A stretch of DNA of 64,000 bases from contig OZ252105.1 in assembly GCA_965248455.1 (NCBI GenBank), positions 2,333,360-2,397,359 on the forward strand. The letters are read 5' to 3'. The DNA is from Dehalococcoidia bacterium (GTDB taxonomy: Bacteria > Chloroflexota > Dehalococcoidia > Lucifugimonadales > Australimonadaceae). Every line of letters begins with the position of its first letter. The stretch's first letter is position 1. A program made the translations under genes and the position numbers. Below are positions 22,088 to 30,815 of the stretch, one piece after another. The notes under the pieces were generated by a model. The model was not told the DNA's origin. It saw only the letters and a program-made list of their open reading frames with translations, and searched no databases.

Positions 22088-23608
22088 GTGCTAACGAAGG
22101 TAAGAACCTGTGCACTCGTAGGCTTGGACGGACACATCATCGAGGTCGAGGTGGACGTGGCTCCCGGACTGCCGCATTTCGTGGTGGTTGGCCTGCCGGA
22201 CACGGCAGTGCAGGAGGCGCGCGAGCGTGTGAGGTCGGCGATACGCAACTCAGGGTACGAGTTTCCGATGCGGCGCATCACGGTGAACCTTGCCCCGGCG
22301 GACATCCGCAAGGCAGGACCCTCGTACGATCTGCCTATCGCGGTTGGCATCCTTGCGAGCAGTGGGCAGATCGACGTCGACCTGTGGGACGCAGCGCTCA
22401 TCGGGGAGCTCTCCCTCGAAGGACAAGTGAGGCATACGGACGGCATCCTGCCGATGGTCGGGCTGGCGCGGGATCGAGGCTTGAAGATGGCTGTGGTTCC
22501 GCAAGCGGACGCGGATGAGGCTACGCTGGTGGAGGGCATCGACATCCTGGGCGCGGACTCGCTGCGCGAACTGGTCGATCATATCCGTGGCGATGCGCCC
22601 ATGGAGATACACGTTACGGCCCCGGAGAGGTACCGCCTCGGGCCGACTGAGTACTCGGTGGACATGGCCGACGTGCGAGGTCAGGATCAGGCCAAGCGTG
22701 CGGTTGAGGTCGCGTCGGCGGGAGGCCATAACCTGCTGATGACCGGCCCTCCCGGCAGCGGCAAGACGTTGCTGGCCCGCGCCATGGCGTCCATCCTGCC
22801 GCCACTCACTTCTTCAGAGGCGTTGGAGGCGACAAAGGTATACAGTGTCGCGGGGATGCTGCCCTCGGATACGCCGCTCGTCTCGGTGCGTCCATTCCGC
22901 TCGCCGCACCACACCATCTCGCAGGCCGGACTGGTAGGCGGCGGCAGGATCCCCAAGCCAGGGGAGGTGTCGCTCAGCCATCGTGGAGTCCTTTTCCTCG
23001 ACGAACTGCCGGAGTTCGGCCACAGCGTTCTGGACGTGCTGCGGCAGCCGATCGAAGATAAGACGGTCACCATCAGCAGGGCGAACGGCACGGTAACGTA
23101 CCCCGCGAGCTTCATGCTCGTGGGCGCGATGAATCCGTGCTTCTGCGGCAACTATGGCGACCCAAGGAAGCCGTGCACCTGTAGCGCGTCGCTCATCAGT
23201 CGCTACCAGAAGCGTATATCCGGCCCGCTGATAGACCGCATGGATATCTTCATAGACGTCCCAAGCGTCGAGTACGGCAAACTGGTGGGTGAGGCGACGG
23301 GCGAATCGTCTGCCAGCATCCGCGAGCGGGTCTGCCAGGCGCGCCGGATTCAACAGGAGCGGTTCCGCGACCGTTGCGCTCAGACGAACGCGGAGATGCG
23401 TCCGGCGGACGTCTGGACGTACTGCCGCCTGGATCAGCCAGCGGAGGGGCTCGCGAAAGCGGCTATGGAGCGTCTGCACTTCTCCGCACGCGCGTTCCAC
23501 CGCACGCTCAAACTGGCGCGCACGATCGCTGATCTGGCCGGAGAGGACATCATAGGAATGGCGCATCTGGCCGAGGCGGTACAGTACCGTCAGCGCGGAC
23601 AGGAGTAG
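22088..23608 (+). CDS. comM: YifB/ComM family Mg-chelatase-like ATPase
   Basis: 506 aa. N-terminal Lon-protease-like domain, Walker A GPPGSGKT, and a ChlI-type AAA+ core. Confidence 0.92.
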   Translation: MLTKVRTCALVGLDGHIIEVEVDVAPGLPHFVVVGLPDTAVQEARERVRSAIRNSGYEFPMRRITVNLAPADIRKAGPSYDLPIAVGILASSGQIDVDLWDAALIGELSLEGQVRHTDGILPMVGLARDRGLKMAVVPQADADEATLVEGIDILGADSLRELVDHIRGDAPMEIHVTAPERYRLGPTEYSVDMADVRGQDQAKRAVEVASAGGHNLLMTGPPGSGKTLLARAMASILPPLTSSEALEATKVYSVAGMLPSDTPLVSVRPFRSPHHTISQAGLVGGGRIPKPGEVSLSHRGVLFLDELPEFGHSVLDVLRQPIEDKTVTISRANGTVTYPASFMLVGAMNPCFCGNYGDPRKPCTCSASLISRYQKRISGPLIDRMDIFIDVPSVEYGKLVGEATGESSASIRERVCQARRIQQERFRDRCAQTNAEMRPADVWTYCRLDQPAEGLAKAAMERLHFSARAFHRTLKLARTIADLAGEDIIGMAHLAEAVQYRQRGQE

Positions 23609-23807
23609 CGCTCCGCTTCCGGCGAACGCGGCGGCGATACGCTATGCATCCGCGCAGGCCCCCTGCCTCAGGGAGCCTGCGCGGGCATTCCAACGCACCA
23701 GCGCGGGAGCCCGCACCCATTGCAGACACAGGAAGCGACACGCCGCACAAGGAGATACGACATGGTGAACGGAGCAATCTTGTGCTACACTCATACCATA
23801 ATTTAAT

Positions 23808-23912
23808 ACGTGCTAGGGGGGAGCTTGGGCAGCCAGGCTGAGAGGTTCCAACAATGTTGGGACGACCCTAAAACCTGATCTGGGTAATGCCAGCGGAGGG
23901 ACGCAGCCCTTA
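23808..23912 (+). promoter_or_regulatory. TPP (THI-box) riboswitch
   Basis: CUAGGGG..GGCUGAGAGG...ACCCUAAAACCUGAUCUGGGUAAUGCCAGCGGAGGGA matches the conserved THI-element cores. It lies directly upstream of a thiamine-type ABC importer. Confidence 0.9.
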
Positions 23913-23924
23913 ACAACGCTTTGC

Positions 23925-23959
23925 GAGCCGCTCCAGTCAGGAGCGGCTCCTCTGTTTTT
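23925..23959 (+). terminator. intrinsic terminator (riboswitch expression platform)
   Basis: Perfect 10-bp stem GAGCCGCTCC / GGAGCGGCTC with a 5-nt loop, followed by CTCTGTTTTT. Confidence 0.8.
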
Positions 23960-24002
23960 CACGGAGGGGTGGGCCCCCTGGGCAGGGTAAAGGAGATGCC
24001 CC

Positions 24003-25052
24003 ATGGCAGCCAAATCCGGCGCAATTGTCCTTGTCCTGTTCGCTCTTCTGCTCTTGGCTGCGTGCGGCAACCAGGACGAGGACCGCGAGTTGGTCATCAT
24101 GACCCATGACAGCTTCGACATCGGCGAGGACGTCATCGCGGAGTTCGAGGCGGCCAACGACGCCACCGTCGTCATCCAGGAGGCCGGAGACGCGGGCCAA
24201 GCCCTCGTTCGAGCCATCCTCGAGAAGGGCAACCCCTCTGCCGACCTCCTATACGGCATAGACAACACCTATCTGGGCCGCGCCTTGGACGAGGAGATCT
24301 TCGACCCCTACGAGTCCGACAACCTCAGCGTGGTCCCGGATCATCTCATCCTGGACGAGACCAACCACGTCACGCCCATCGACTACGCCTACGTCAACCT
24401 CAACTATGACAAGGCGTACCTGGAAGAGACCGGAATGGCGCCCCCCGTAACCCTGGAGGAGCTGACGGCGCCCCAATGGAGGGGCAAGCTGGTGGTGGAG
24501 AACCCTGCCTCCTCTTCCCCTGGCCTCTCCTTCCTCATCGCCACCGTTCATTACTTCGGGCAGGACGATGACTATGACTACCTGGACTACTGGGCTGACC
24601 TCAGGGAAAATGATGTCCTCGTCAAGGACGGCTGGTCAGACGCCTATTACACCGACTTCACCAAGTACGGCGGAGACCGCCCTCTGGTGGTCAGCTATGC
24701 CACCAGCCCAGCCGCCGAGGTGTTCTTCTCCGAAACACCCTTGGATGAGGCCCCGACCGGCAACGTCCTCATCGACGGTGCAACCTTCCTGCAGATCGAG
24801 GGCATGGGCATCCTCAAGGGCGCCAACAGCAAGAACCTCGCCAGACAGTTCATCGACTTTGCCTTGGAAACCCGCTTCCAGGAGGACTTCCCGGACAAGA
24901 TGTTCGTCTACCCGGTGAACCGCAACGCCCAGGTCCCCGACTTCTTCCGCTTTGCCGAGGTCCCAACCGCCCCCGCCGACATCTCCGCCGCCGAGATCGG
25001 CGAGAAGCGTGAGCAGTGGATCGACGAGTGGACCAGGGTCGTTCTCCGGTGA
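24003..25052 (+). CDS. thiB: thiamine/TPP ABC transporter substrate-binding lipoprotein
   Basis: 349 aa. Lipobox LLLAAC, SBP_bac_1-type fold, and TPP riboswitch control. Confidence 0.8.
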   Translation: MAAKSGAIVLVLFALLLLAACGNQDEDRELVIMTHDSFDIGEDVIAEFEAANDATVVIQEAGDAGQALVRAILEKGNPSADLLYGIDNTYLGRALDEEIFDPYESDNLSVVPDHLILDETNHVTPIDYAYVNLNYDKAYLEETGMAPPVTLEELTAPQWRGKLVVENPASSSPGLSFLIATVHYFGQDDDYDYLDYWADLRENDVLVKDGWSDAYYTDFTKYGGDRPLVVSYATSPAAEVFFSETPLDEAPTGNVLIDGATFLQIEGMGILKGANSKNLARQFIDFALETRFQEDFPDKMFVYPVNRNAQVPDFFRFAEVPTAPADISAAEIGEKREQWIDEWTRVVLR

Positions 25053-26728
25053 AACGAGGGGCGTTGGGCGGCATGGTCACGCTCCCCCGACTCCTGATCC
25101 TGCCGCCGCTCGCCTATCTGGCCGTCTTCTTCCTCTACCCCCTCCTGGCCATCCTGGCCCGGAGCCTGGACGGCGGCGGCCTGACCCTGCATCCCTTCCG
25201 AGCGCTGCTGGGCGACTCCTACTACTGGGGCCGTATCTGGTTCACGACGTGGCAGGCGGCGGCTTCCACTGTCCTCACCCTGGCCGTGGGCCTGCCGGTG
25301 GCCTACCTCTTCGCCAAGCGGGAATTCCCTGGCAAGACCCTCCTGAAGGCCGTGTCCACAGTGCCCTTCGTCATGCCCACCATCGTAGTAGCCATGGGGT
25401 TCGTGGCGCTGCTGGGCTCCCGAGGCCTGGCGAACACGCTCCTGATGGGCCTCTTCGGCCTGGAGACACCCCCCATCAGGATTGCAAACTCCCTGCTGGT
25501 CATCCTCTTGGCGCACGCCTTTTACAACTACGCCGTCGTGGTGCGCATCGTCTCCGCCTTTTGGGCGAACCTGGACCCCCGCGTCGAAGAGTCCGCCGCC
25601 ATGTTGGGGGCTGGTCCAGTCGGCAGGTTCCTGCACGTTACCCTACCTATGCTCCTGCCGCCCATCGCGTCCGCCGCCGTGCTGGTCTTCGCGTTCTCGT
25701 TCACGTCCTTTGGGGTGGTGCTGGTGCTTGGGGGGTCCCAATTCGCCACGCTGGAGGTCTCCATCTACGAGCTGACGGCGAAGCTCTTTCGCCTGGAGCT
25801 GGCCGCCGCCCTGGCCATTGTCCAGATGGTCTTCACCTACGTTTTCCTACTGGTCTACACCGGGTTCCAGCAACGATTGTCCATCCCCCTGGGCCAAGCG
25901 CCGCAGGAGGCTGTCCTGCGGCACGCTCGTCGATTCAGAGAGAGGTTGATGGTCGTCGTCATCGTCCTAGGCCTTCTCGTCTTCCTGTCGCCCCTGATAG
26001 CCCTGGCGGAGCGCGCTCTGACCGCCGGGGACGGCTACTCCCTCGTCCACTTTCGCAACCTCTTCATCAACGACCGAGGCTCCTACTTCTACGTCTCCCT
26101 TCAGGCCGCCATATGGAACTCCCTGCGCTTTGCCGGCGCGACTATGGTCGTCTCCCTGGCCGTTGGCGCCCTGTCGGCCTACTTCCTCAGCCGGCCCCGG
26201 CGGCGCGGGTCCAGTGCCATCGACGCTCTGCTGATGATGCCCCTGGGCGTCTCCGCGGTAATCATGGGATTCGGCTTCCTGGTGGCATTCAACCGCGGCT
26301 TTCTGGACCTGCGGGGCTCCTGGGCGATTGTGGTGGTCGCCCACTCGCTGGTGGCCTACCCATTCGTAATACGGAGCCTGCTGCCGACGCTGCGCGGGAT
26401 GCCCCCCCAGCTTCGAGAGGCCGCGGCGCTCTTGGGGGCCTCACCCTTCCAGACCTTCCGTCACATCGACTTGCCCATCTTGTCCCGCGCCCTGCTGGTG
26501 GGGGCCACCTTCGCCTTCGCCGTGTCCATGGGCGAGTTCGGGGCGTCGCTGCTGGTGACTCGGCCAGAGTACGCCACCATGCCGGTGGCCATCTTCCGCC
26601 TGCTGTCGCATCCGGGGGAGGCGAACCTGGGCCAGGCCCTGGCGATGAGCAGCCTCTTGATGGCCGTGGTGGCCCTGGGCTTCGTGGCGATCGAGCGATT
26701 CCGTTACCGCGACGCGGGCGGCTTCTGA
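25016..26728 (+). CDS. thiP: thiamine ABC transporter permease (duplicated two-domain permease)
   Basis: About 560-570 aa with two tandem BPD-transporter domains, as in ThiP. The likely real start is the GTG at 25049, which overlaps the thiB stop (GTGA). Confidence 0.8.
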   Translation: MDRRVDQGRSPVKRGALGGMVTLPRLLILPPLAYLAVFFLYPLLAILARSLDGGGLTLHPFRALLGDSYYWGRIWFTTWQAAASTVLTLAVGLPVAYLFAKREFPGKTLLKAVSTVPFVMPTIVVAMGFVALLGSRGLANTLLMGLFGLETPPIRIANSLLVILLAHAFYNYAVVVRIVSAFWANLDPRVEESAAMLGAGPVGRFLHVTLPMLLPPIASAAVLVFAFSFTSFGVVLVLGGSQFATLEVSIYELTAKLFRLELAAALAIVQMVFTYVFLLVYTGFQQRLSIPLGQAPQEAVLRHARRFRERLMVVVIVLGLLVFLSPLIALAERALTAGDGYSLVHFRNLFINDRGSYFYVSLQAAIWNSLRFAGATMVVSLAVGALSAYFLSRPRRRGSSAIDALLMMPLGVSAVIMGFGFLVAFNRGFLDLRGSWAIVVVAHSLVAYPFVIRSLLPTLRGMPPQLREAAALLGASPFQTFRHIDLPILSRALLVGATFAFAVSMGEFGASLLVTRPEYATMPVAIFRLLSHPGEANLGQALAMSSLLMAVVALGFVAIERFRYRDAGGF

Positions 26729-27813
26729 TGCCGCTGCTGGTGGTGTCCGGAGTCAGCAAGAGTTTCGACGGCGTCATGGCCGTGGACGATGTGTCGCTCT
26801 CCGCCGACCAAGGCGAGGTAGTGTGCCTGCTGGGGCCCAGCGGGTGTGGCAAGACCACGCTGCTGAGGCTCGTGGCCGGCCTTGAAACGCCAGACCACGG
26901 CACCATTGCCTTCGACGGCCGTTCGCTGGAGGGAGTGGAACCCAGAGACAGGGGCTTTGGTCTCATGTTCCAGGACCTGGCGCTCTTTCCCCATATGGAT
27001 GTCTACGGCAACGTCTCCTTCGGCCTCCGCATGCAGAGGCTGGCAACGACGGAGGTCGCGGCGCGGGTCGGCGAGCTGTTGGAGCTGGTGGGGCTGGCCG
27101 GCTTTGACCGGAGGAAGGTCCACCAGCTCTCGGGGGGCGAACGACAGCGCGTGGCCCTGGCCCGCTCCCTGGCCCCGGAGCCGCGCCTGCTCATGTTCGA
27201 CGAGCCGCTGGGTTCTCTGGATCGCGGCCTCCGGGAGTCGTTGCAGACGCAGGTCCGTTCCATCCTCAAGGAGGTGGGCGTGACCGCCCTCTACGTGACC
27301 CACGACCGCGACGAGGCCTTTGCCGTGGCGGACTCTATGGTGGTCATCGATGATGGGCGCGTTGCTCAGGCCGGTGCCCCGGAAACCTTGTTCCGCTCAC
27401 CCAGCAGCGCCCTGGTGGCAAGGTCCATGGGGCTCCGGAACGTCATGGTCTGCGCAGTGCGCCAAGGGGGAGCCCTGACCACCGTGGCGAGCGACATTGG
27501 CGAGCTGCCCGCCCCCAGCCTGGCGACGGCGCTGCCCAACACTGGCGGCGAGGCCCTCGCAATCGTCGACGAGCGGCGAGTCTCGCTGCACCCCCTTGGC
27601 GCGCGCGACGCTGACGGGGACATCCGGCTGGAGGGCGTGGTAGAGAGCCGACGGTTCCATGCGGGAGAGATGGAGGTCGTCCTGAGGGTGGGCGTCGGGC
27701 GTCTGGTCTGCCTGCTGCAGCCGGACCAGGCCGCCCCGGAGGTGGGGAGCCAAGTTGCCGCAGTCATTCCCCCCGACGCCCTTCGCCTCATCCCGCAGAC
27801 TCCCCACGTCTGA
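26728..27813 (+). CDS. thiQ: thiamine ABC transporter ATP-binding protein with C-terminal TOBE-like extension
   Basis: Walker A GPSGCGKTT, signature LSGGERQRV, Walker B LLMFDEP. The ATG overlaps the thiP stop by 1 nt. It is the last third of the artefactual 953-aa ORF 24952..27813. Confidence 0.85.
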   Translation: MPLLVVSGVSKSFDGVMAVDDVSLSADQGEVVCLLGPSGCGKTTLLRLVAGLETPDHGTIAFDGRSLEGVEPRDRGFGLMFQDLALFPHMDVYGNVSFGLRMQRLATTEVAARVGELLELVGLAGFDRRKVHQLSGGERQRVALARSLAPEPRLLMFDEPLGSLDRGLRESLQTQVRSILKEVGVTALYVTHDRDEAFAVADSMVVIDDGRVAQAGAPETLFRSPSSALVARSMGLRNVMVCAVRQGGALTTVASDIGELPAPSLATALPNTGGEALAIVDERRVSLHPLGARDADGDIRLEGVVESRRFHAGEMEVVLRVGVGRLVCLLQPDQAAPEVGSQVAAVIPPDALRLIPQTPHV

Positions 27814-27853
27814 TCCCGCAGACTCCCCACGTCTGATCCCGCAGACTCCCCAC
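27790..27853. repeat. 23-bp tandem repeat ATCCCGCAGACTCCCCACGTCTG, 2.8 copies, containing the thiQ stop codon
   Basis: Units at 27790-27812, 27813-27835 and a partial unit at 27836-27853. Confidence 0.9.
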
Positions 27854-27857
27854 CCCC

Positions 27858-27893
27858 CGTCGTTCTCGCGCAGGCGGGAACCTCGCATCCCTG
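27858..27893. repeat. REP-like palindromic element CGTCGTTCTCGCGCAGGCGGGAACCTCGCATCCCTG
   Basis: Hairpin TTC(T/C)CGC-loop-GCGGGAA. Further copies at 29105, 29378 and 39453, and inverted near 59830. Half-sites at 56470, 58900, 59000 and 59945. Confidence 0.8.
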
Positions 27894-27930
27894 TTTGGGC
27901 GCGCCAACGCCAAACCAACGACAACTGCCC

Positions 27931-28107
27931 CTTGTATGGTGGTGAGAGGCGGGGTAGGCCGTTTGCCCCTTGGTCGCTGAGACCGTGCGTAAGCATGACC
28001 GCCCCGCCTCTATTCCACCCGCCCTACCGGTAGCCCGAACAGTTGCCTGAGCTAGTGAGCTCGTATTCACAAGGCAGGGCACGGAAGGGCAGTCAGGAGC
28101 ATAGCGT
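27931..28107 (+). ncRNA. candidate IS110 bridge RNA (structured non-coding left end)
   Basis: A 10-bp stem AGAGGCGGGG (27945-54) / CCCCGCCTCT (28002-11) encloses 47 nt. The stem and the downstream box GCCCGAACAGTTGCCTG are conserved in the second IS110 copy. Confidence 0.35.
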
Positions 28108-29046
28108 ATGGACTCATCCCTCTGCATCGGCATAGACGTTTCCCAGGATTGGCTCGATCTCGCGGCTCACCCAACCGGACAACCCCAGCGCTTCAAGACC
28201 ACTCCCGCCGGCCTGCATTCCCTCGTCGAGCACTGTCGCGATGCTCAGCCCCGCCTGATTGCCTTCGAAGCCTCCGGCGGTTACGAACGCCCTCTCTCCC
28301 ACGCACTCACCCACGCCCAACTCCCCTTCGCCATCCTCAACCCCCGCAACGTCCGTTACTATGCCCGCTCCACCGGCGTCCTGGCTAAGACCGACCGCAT
28401 TGATGCGGCCGTCATCGCCCAGTTCGCCCACGACATCCGCATCCAGCCGAAGCCTGCGCCGTCGCGCCCCGAGCAGACCGTGCGCGATCTTGCCACCCGC
28501 CGCAATCAACTGGTGGGGGACCACACGCGGGTGCGACACCAAGCCCGGCTGTTCTCCGGCGCAAGCCTGGCCAGCGCGAAGCGCCATCTCGCCTTCCTGA
28601 AGCGGGAGATCGCGGCGGTGGAGCAGGAACTGCGGAGGGTCATCGCCCAGGATGTCTCCCTGCGCGAGCGTTGGGAGCGGCTGCGGAGCGTTCCTGGCGT
28701 GGGTGAGACCCTAGCGGCAGCGCTACTCGGCAGTATGCCGGAGCTGGGACACTTGAACCGAGCAGCGGTCGGGATGCTGGCAGGCCTCGCCCCGCACGCC
28801 CGCGACAGCGGGAAGCGCGAGGGGAAGCGCTTCTGCTGGGGCGGGCGTGCAAACGTGCGGAGGGCGCTGTACATGCCTATGCTCTCGGCAGTCCAGCACA
28901 ACCCCGTGATACGCACGTTCTACCAGCGGCTGCTGGACCAGGGTAAGCCGAGGAAGGTGGCGCTCGTCGCATGCATGCGCAAGATGCTGACCATACTGAA
29001 TGCCATCCTGCGTGAGGAGACCACCTGGGACCCACAAATCGCTTGA
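28108..29046 (+). CDS. IS110-family (DEDD) transposase/recombinase
   Basis: 312 aa. CIGIDVSQDWLD (first D), EASGGYERPL (E), KTDRIDA, and the C-terminal LRSVPGVGE...ACMRKMLTILNAIL typical of the family. Confidence 0.92.
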   Translation: MDSSLCIGIDVSQDWLDLAAHPTGQPQRFKTTPAGLHSLVEHCRDAQPRLIAFEASGGYERPLSHALTHAQLPFAILNPRNVRYYARSTGVLAKTDRIDAAVIAQFAHDIRIQPKPAPSRPEQTVRDLATRRNQLVGDHTRVRHQARLFSGASLASAKRHLAFLKREIAAVEQELRRVIAQDVSLRERWERLRSVPGVGETLAAALLGSMPELGHLNRAAVGMLAGLAPHARDSGKREGKRFCWGGRANVRRALYMPMLSAVQHNPVIRTFYQRLLDQGKPRKVALVACMRKMLTILNAILREETTWDPQIA

Positions 29047-29104
29047 CCTGCTATCACAGTTGCTTACGCCATGGCCCCGCTGATGCTACATTGTTCACAT
29101 ACTA

Positions 29105-29413
29105 GGTTCCGCGCAGGCGGGAACCTCGTATCCCTGCCCCGCGTAGACGATAGGAATGCAACGAAATGCAACCGAATTAAAAGTTTCGCCACTCCTGGCC
29201 ACTCCTGACGAGGCAGAACGAGGCCACCCCTGCCTCATTTCCAACTCTCCGCTAGGAGTGAATCGGGCCAAATCGAGCCAGGTAAGGGGGGTCTCCCACT
29301 CCTGATCACTCCTGAAAAACTGCGCGCGGCAGAGGTGGGAAAGTGGCCAGGAATGACCAAAAACGAGCAAAAACCCCCGTCGTTGCCGCGCAGGCGGGAA
29401 CCTTACATCCCTG
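29105..29413. repeat. composite dispersed repeat, copy A (REP, 10-bp phased AATGCAAC units, AATTAAAAGTTT, CACTCCTG pairs, second REP)
   Basis: Collinear with 39453..39740 in the same orientation. Partially matches 57769..57920 in inverted orientation. Confidence 0.8.
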
Positions 29414-29450
29414 CTCCCCTGTACTTGTGTATAGGGCGGGGGCGGGGTGG

Positions 29451-30815
29451 TTACGCCTCGGTGAGCAGCGGCCGCAGGTCGGCGGTCTGCCCTGTATCGA
29501 GCGCATGCACCGCCGCGACGATGTCCGTAGCGCGTTGGTTGCCGTAGACGCTGCCGATCAGGTCCGCGGCCTTTGCGTCGACCTCCTCGGTGGTCATCGG
29601 GCTGTCGGCGGTGCCGCGTACGGCGGGGACGTGCTGCTCCAGCGTGGCGTCCGCCGTATGGATTCGCACCGTCGCGGGGCGTTGGCGCTCCATCCCTGCG
29701 AAATCGGACGTGCCTTCGAGCCGCACCCTGGCCATGAGCTCCACGATGGCCGGATCGCTCATGCGTTCGTAGGTGTGGGTCGCCTCGAACGTCAGCTTGC
29801 CGCCGTCCAGAGCGATGGCCGCCATGCAGTACTGGAGATTCACGTCCGGCATATGCCGACCGTTCACGATCTGCGCGCCCTGGGGCGGCAGCAGCACCTC
29901 GACCTCCCGGATGTCGCCCGGCGTGACGCCGTGCTCAGTGACGAGCGATGTCATAGCCTCGGCTGCGGCCTGGATGGGCGATCCGACGGAGAACTTCTTG
30001 ATGTTCGTGATGCTGATCTCGTAGTGCGAACCGAGGCTCGCGACCCATTCCGGGAACTCGTCACGCCGTGGGCAGAACACGTCGAGAAAGCCGTTCTGAC
30101 CTTCGAACGCGTCCTCCTCGCCCGTCATGCCCGACGCCACGAAGAGCGCGGACGTGACCCCGCTCCGTGCGCCGTTGCCTCCGAACACGAACGACTTCTC
30201 GATGTGCTCGGAGTCGCGGGCCCACGAGGTGATGCCCGAGGCTTGCTGCGCCGTGTAGGAGAGCGCGTAACGCACGCCTTGAGGGTCGAGTCCCGCCAAG
30301 GCTGCGGCTGCCGCTGTCGAGCCGAACATCGGCCCGATGGTGTGGGTTGCGTGGCCGTGCATCCCCCGGGCGTCGATGCCGCCCATGAGCCGCGCGATGC
30401 GTGAGCCCACGTCGTAGCCGAGGGCCACCGCTCGCAGCAGCGCCTCGCCGCTGGCGTTCTGCCGTTCCGCCACCGCAAGCGCAGCCGGAACCACCGCGCA
30501 TCCCGGATGGGTGAGCGATGGCGCGTGCGAGTCGTCGGTCTCGTCGGAGTGCGCGAGCATGCCGTTCGCCATGGCGGCGTTGATCGCCGTAGTCACGACG
30601 TTCGATCCGATGACGGCGGCCTCCGGTGTGCCTCCCTGGGAGCGCACGAAGTTGATGGCGACCTCACCCGGCTTGAGCCGGGACCCTGTCACCATCGCCG
30701 CGATGGTGTCGAGGACGTGGTGCTTGGTCTTCTCGCCCACGGCGGCGGGCAGTGGTCGGTCGAGAGCCCCTGCGATATAGGCTGCGAGCGTGTCGAGAGC
30801 GGATGGCTGGGTCAT
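29451..30815 (-). CDS. MmgE/PrpD family protein (2-methylcitrate dehydratase-like)
   Basis: 454 aa counted from the ATG at 30815, which has a GAGGAGG SD. The ORF-track start at 30962 is over-extended. Family-typical ..HVLDTIAAMVTGS.. and ..HPGCAVVPAALA.. Confidence 0.88.
   Translation of the reverse strand: MTQPSALDTLAAYIAGALDRPLPAAVGEKTKHHVLDTIAAMVTGSRLKPGEVAINFVRSQGGTPEAAVIGSNVVTTAINAAMANGMLAHSDETDDSHAPSLTHPGCAVVPAALAVAERQNASGEALLRAVALGYDVGSRIARLMGGIDARGMHGHATHTIGPMFGSTAAAAALAGLDPQGVRYALSYTAQQASGITSWARDSEHIEKSFVFGGNGARSGVTSALFVASGMTGEEDAFEGQNGFLDVFCPRRDEFPEWVASLGSHYEISITNIKKFSVGSPIQAAAEAMTSLVTEHGVTPGDIREVEVLLPPQGAQIVNGRHMPDVNLQYCMAAIALDGGKLTFEATHTYERMSDPAIVELMARVRLEGTSDFAGMERQRPATVRIHTADATLEQHVPAVRGTADSPMTTEEVDAKAADLIGSVYGNQRATDIVAAVHALDTGQTADLRPLLTEA

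Larger units (their letters stand above)
27931..29068 (+). mobile_element. IS110-family insertion sequence, copy 1
   Basis: DEDD transposase ORF with a ~175-bp non-coding left end and a short right end. Boundaries were inferred by alignment with the second, diverged copy at 33344..34466 (shared CTTGTAT... start and ...ACAGTTGCT(T/G)AC end). Confidence 0.75.

Noticed and set aside
23640-23700. Terminator or sRNA downstream of comM (hairpin CCGCGCAGG..CCTGCGCGG)
   Set aside because: The 9-bp stem lacks a T-tract and resembles the REP core CGCGCAGGC. There is not enough evidence for a separate feature.
24952-27813. 953-aa ORF spanning the thiamine permease region
   Set aside because: Its first ~590 codons are an alternative frame of thiP, giving a Pro/Arg/Gly-rich product typical of off-frame high-GC sequence. 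Only the last 361 codons, from the ATG at 26728, form the ABC ATPase.
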